Source of the DNA: Eledone cirrhosa
Lineage: Eukaryota
Direction: 5' to 3'
DNA: 64,000 nucleotides
Assembly: GCA_964016885.1 (NCBI GenBank)
Contig: OZ024741.1
Coordinates: 187,798,001-187,862,000, forward strand
Below the pieces are notes generated by a model. It searched no databases and was not told where the DNA came from. It was given only the letters and a program-made list of their open reading frames with translations. Made by a program: the position numbers and the translations under genes. Below are positions 59,353 to 64,000 of the stretch, piece by piece (the stretch's first letter is position 1; the number at the start of each line of letters is the position of its first letter).

Positions 59353-59694
59353 TGAAGAAGGCGCAACAACTGATAGGGTGATGTAGGAGAGTGTGTGGGG
59401 GGGGGGGGATATGTGGCTGCAGTTAAGGTTGGGGGTTGGGTAGGTGGATATAATGTAATGTAATGTGCGATGAGGTGGCTGGTCTATGGGGGAGATAAAG
59501 TGAGGGGGGTGTATGGTGCATGAATATGGATAAGAGGATAGGAGATAATAGATCGATTCATAGATTGATTGAGTTATCGGTTGATTGGGTGGCTGGCTGG
59601 CTGGCTGGCAAACTGGCTTGTTGGTTTGAAGAAAGATAAAGACAGAGAGACAGGCAGTCAGGTAGACAGACAGACAGATACACAGACAAATTTC

Positions 59695-62600
59695 TGTTTA
59701 TTTGCCACTAGGGCACAAAAGAAAGGGACATGTACATGGGTGGGGGGAGTTTACATAAAAATCGAGTAAGAAAAATATAACAAACAAAATAATAACAAGA
59801 AGGTCCTCAATAGGGAGGGATCGTTTTGGGGTCACACACACCCCCGAAAAAAAGTGTGCGACCCTTCTCCACGGGAGCACAAAGAGAGGGTGCTCCCTTC
59901 TTTCTGTTCCACCTACAGGCTGAGGTAGAGAGAAGGCCCATTCACACGGGCCATTCTCGCAACTTTCACCCACCTTTCATAAAACTGGCTGGAGTGGAGC
60001 ACCTCTCTCTCCATCCTGATCCTTCTTCCGAAATGGTATCAGAAAAAAAGGACCAGTTGTTGGCCGGAGAGAAAGGTGTCCGACCTCAGCCCTTTCAGAC
60101 GTGTCCACCATATAGCCTCTTTTACCATGGCTATTACACAGAGGAAGACCGCCTCTCCTTCATTTTTGAAGGGGGGAGGCGGATTGATCGTTACAATGGA
60201 CTCGGTGGTCAACCTAATTGGTCCCACCCTTGACAGCGGTTGTTCAACATAGCCCCACAGATCGGCAACGCCCGGGCAGTGCACCAATGCGTGCGCGACG
60301 GTTTCCTCGTCGCGCACGCATCTGGGACAGATCTTTTTCGAGGGGTCCCTACCCGGGCGCCCGTGTCTGTAGAGCTTATCCCGAACGGGCAGAGCCCCTC
60401 GGTAGCACTGCCAGGCCAAGGACTTCTGGAAGTTGTCCATAGGTCCCGGGCCGAAAGTCCTACCGAATAGACTGGCCAGTTCATCCTCCTCCATGCCTAG
60501 GGCTTCTCCGAGGGCGTCGTCGCACCCGCTAACCACCAGCCCTCTATAGAATGACGAGGTGGAGTCTCCGTCGATAGCCGGGTCCGCCTGCCAGAGAGCC
60601 GTGAGCGCCTGGGCACACTCGGTGTGCCAGTCGCCCAGTTTTCTCGGTCTTTGCTTCACCCAGGACTGCAGCTCGGTGAGCGAGACGAGCCTCGGGAAGG
60701 CTCGCCTCACAAACGGGGCCCACACCGGTTGACCGGTGAGGAATACATGGAGGTGCCTTAGCCTCAATGCGTGTTTACGCATTTTTAGCCACGGCATCCC
60801 CAGCCCTCCTTTCAAACGGTGTTGACAGCAGATGGATCTCCTCACCAGAGGAGACCTCTTCTTCCAAAGGAAATAAAAGAGGGCGCGCTCCATTTTGGCG
60901 AGGATCTCACCCGGGCAAGACACGACAGTCAAGCGGTAATAGATGACGGACGCTATGTAAGCGTTCGCCACCTCCGCCCGACCTTTTAGGGATAGTTTGC
61001 ACTCGGCCCACTTCTGGGTCAGTGCAAACACCCTATTCGTCACCTCACCCCAGTTTTTCTCCACCTGGAGGTCCGGTCCGAACCAGACCCCAAGCAACTT
61101 CACCGGGCCCTCCGTCCACCGTCCGACGATACCGTCGCACGACATCGCTTTGCCCCTCCACTCGCCGAGTTGCAAAGCGACTGACTTGTCCCGGTTCAGC
61201 TTAGCCCCTGTCAACCTTTTGTACTCCTCTAGTAAGGTGCCGATTGCCTCGATTTCCGAGGCGGTCGACACCATTACTGTTACGTCATCGGCGTAGGCCG
61301 ACACCGCTTTGCGCAATCCCGGTTCCAAAGGGATGCCCTGCAACAACTCCAACTTCTGCAGTAATGGCTCGAGAGTCAATACATACAGAAGGGAGGAGAG
61401 AGGGCACCCCTGTCGGATGGAGCGGGTGATTTCGAACGGCTCCGAAAGGTAGCCGTTCACCTTGACTCTAGAGCAGATGCGGCTGCTGTGCATGGCAGTG
61501 ATCCAGCCCCTGAAAACGGCTCCGAACCCAGCCGCCGCTAGCACCGCATCCAGGTAACCATGGTCCACCCTATCGAACGCTTTAGACTGATCTAAATTTA
61601 TCAGGGCCCCACCAAAGCCGGGTTCGTTCCCAACCCTCTCTATGATGTATCGCATGAGGTGGAGGTTGTCGTGGATGGACCTGGACGGGATAGCGCATGT
61701 CTGCACATCTCCCACCAGGCCCCCCACGACAAGCGCCAACCTCTTCGCTAACACCTTCGCCAAAATCTTTAACTCTGCATTTAGCAGAGTTATGGGCCTA
61801 AAATTACTAATGTCATCCCCCTTGTTCTCGTCGTTCCTCACTAGCGAGACTACGCCCTTGGTCACAGAACAGGGAATTCTCCCGTTCTGTTGCCAGTTGC
61901 AGTAGACCGCCTCGAGGAGATCGGGGAACAAGTCCGGCATATTAATATATAGTTCGTAGGGCAGACCATCGAGTCCTGGAGATTTGCGTTTGCCGCATAG
62001 GCTCAGCACGTCCCCTATTTCAGCAGCTGAGATCGGCCCGTCGCAGGACCTCGCCTCCCTGTCCGAAAGACGCGGCAGGCCGTCGAGGTATGGACCGAAA
62101 TCCACATCTCCAACCGGCTCCCCGCCCCTCCCAAACAATTGGGCAAAGTGCCTTTGAAAGGCCTCGCACATTTGCTTAGGTTCAAGGATCAGCCGTCCAT
62201 CCTGGTCTCGCAAAGACCGGATAGTGGATTTAATCCCACTTTTCGCTTCTGTCACGCGGGCCCAGCTAACAGCTTTGGTCCCCTCGTTTCCCAGAGCACG
62301 TATTTTGCTTCGGACAACGCAGCCTTCGTGTTTCGCGTCGAAGAACTGGTTCAAGACCGTTCTCGACGCTTGCACTCTGGCCACGTTGCCGCTTCTCATT
62401 GCCTCTTCAACATTAACTACCAACTCCCTTTCCTTCCTATTTCTATCTGAGGCTAACTCCTTACTAACTCCTATTGAAACTACTCTAATCTCTCTTTTTA
62501 GAGAGCCCACCACCTGTTGTTGACGATGGCGCCCGTCAACTGCTCCTTAACTAAGGTTCTAATCCGGTCCCTGTAAGCTCTACTTGCCGGTAAGGACAAG

Positions 62601-63430
62601 TTGAGCTTCCAGTAACCGGGCCCCTGCCTATGCGTTCTATCAAGGTGGACTACGCAGGTCACTAACTTGTGGTCTGAATAGCCCACCATGAGCATTTCTG
62701 GACAACTTAAAAAGTCCCTATCCTTAATTCTAACTAAGAACCTATCTAGGTACGATCTAGATTGACCACTGTTATTTGACCAGGTCCAGGTTGGTACAGT
62801 CGGAAAATCTAGTCGGTATCTATCGGCCAGGTCGAATCGGCCGATTAACCCCTTAAGGCTGTTACACCCCCCTCTATCGGGACATGCCCCTACATAGTCC
62901 CAACGTGCATCTAGGATACCATTCCAGTCCCCCACTAAAAGCAAGGAGCGGGACGTCCCTAGAAAAGTCTCCAGACGATGGAAGAAGTCCGACCGCATTG
63001 CCCCAAAAGGGGCGTATACGGCGACAAGCCTAAAAGCTTCGCCTTCGCCATTGCCAAGGTCCAGAACCACGAGTCGACCCTCCGGGTCCAAGTGTACCGT
63101 CTGTGTAGCGAGACCCAGATGTTTTTGCAGCAGAACGACAACCCCACCCCCACCTCCAGGCTGACAGAGAGATGCGTGCATCTCAAAGTCATCAAAGGTG
63201 GGGGTTAGCTGTCGCATGCTGCTGATCCGGGCCTCGCAAATAACCATCACATTTACACATTGTGACCTGAGGTCACTTAGAAGTTTAGCTTGCTTCCAAG
63301 GTGAGCCCAGGCCACGCGCATTTAGACAACCTACTCTTAAGACAGCCATGTTGGTGGCAAAGAAAGAGGCACTTACCTCTCTGCGTCCCGGGGTTCGGGT
63401 CGCTCAGTTTCCATGGGGCTGGTGGAGGGG
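59695..63430 (-). mobile_element. Near full-length Tx1/L1-type LINE (ORF2 and 3' UTR)
   Basis: APE + RT + zinc-binding C-terminus; GC-rich relative to flanks; T-rich 3' tail. Confidence 0.93.
59913..63349 (-). pseudogene. LINE ORF2: APE endonuclease, RT and zf-RVT-like domain; one frameshift near 62500 and one premature TGA at 60039
   Basis: LNARGL, VYAP, VGDWN, SYLDRF, SDHKLV, GYWKLN; KSPGLDG, FRPITLLN, LDQSKAFDRV, RQGCPLS, AYADDV; CPRC..ETVAHALVHC; frame continues past the TGA to TAG at 59913, as in the 8.4-kb copy. Confidence 0.92.
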
Positions 63431-64000
63431 TTGATGGGTGGGGTGGTGGTTTGTGGTGGTGTGGGGGTATTAGTGTGTGGAGGGGTTGGGATCTTTGGAG
63501 TTGTGTGGGTGTTTGAGGAGGGGAGGGGAAAACCTTTCAGGAGGACGCGGTTGAGTGGCCTGGTGCAGGGTGGGCCCACGTCCTCAGGGTAAATGTCTTT
63601 TAAAGTTTTGAAAATGTCAAGTGGGATTTTCACCATTTTCAGGTTAGGGAGCCCCATTGCCGTTACGAAATTCGGCCCTTCGGTTTGTATCGAAGGGTTG
63701 GTTTCTATTTTTAAAAATAGGTTTTCATTGTTTTTGTTTATGTATGTGTAGAGTTTTTGTGTTGTTGTGTTTGTTTTTGCTTGTTGTTGTTGAGTGAGTT
63801 TGCGTTTTATTGTCTGTGTTGTGTTGTCAGGTGGGGTTATTTTTGTTTGTGTGGTGTGTGTACGTTTTTTTCTTTTCACTTTTTGGAAGGGAGCCCCCTC
63901 GTCTTCCGACGATATGAGCTCCTCTTCCGTATTGGAGGGGAGGGGTATATCTCCGGGTTGTGTATGAACTGTTTTTGTATTTGTGTTCTGTGGGGTGGGG
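63373..64000 (-). mobile_element. Probable LINE ORF1-like remnant, truncated by the window edge
   Basis: Lies immediately upstream of ORF2; RVLLKGFP resembles an RRM beta-1 strand of LINE ORF1 proteins; partly low complexity. Confidence 0.4.

Overview
Repeat-dominated eukaryotic DNA with no identifiable host protein-coding gene. It is most likely from an octopod cephalopod, inferred from about 20 copies of a tRNA-derived SINE resembling the common Octopus SINE and from the very high density of (TA)n/(TG)n tracts. Nearly all long ORFs in the track are microsatellite artefacts. The real coding remnants are retroelements and transposons: an R4/Dong-type RLE LINE (6.3-8.3 kb), a near-complete Tx1/L1-type LINE (59.7-63.4 kb) plus a fragment, RTE and CR1 fragments, three Penelope-like elements (PLE; RT and/or GIY-YIG) and a mariner pseudogene. 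There are also several MITEs and a Helitron-like end. The most notable signal is non-coding: type I hammerhead ribozyme (HHR) motifs from at least six unrelated repeat families. One family is an ORF-less ~542-bp unit carrying one HHR. It occurs as a head-to-tail plus inverted array at 56.1-57.9 kb and as a circularly permuted monomer at 11.9-12.5 kb, making it a candidate retrozyme (ribozyme-processed circular RNA) mobilised by PLE machinery into (TA)n tracts. All folds and alignments were done by eye, and boundaries are approximate unless motif coordinates are given.
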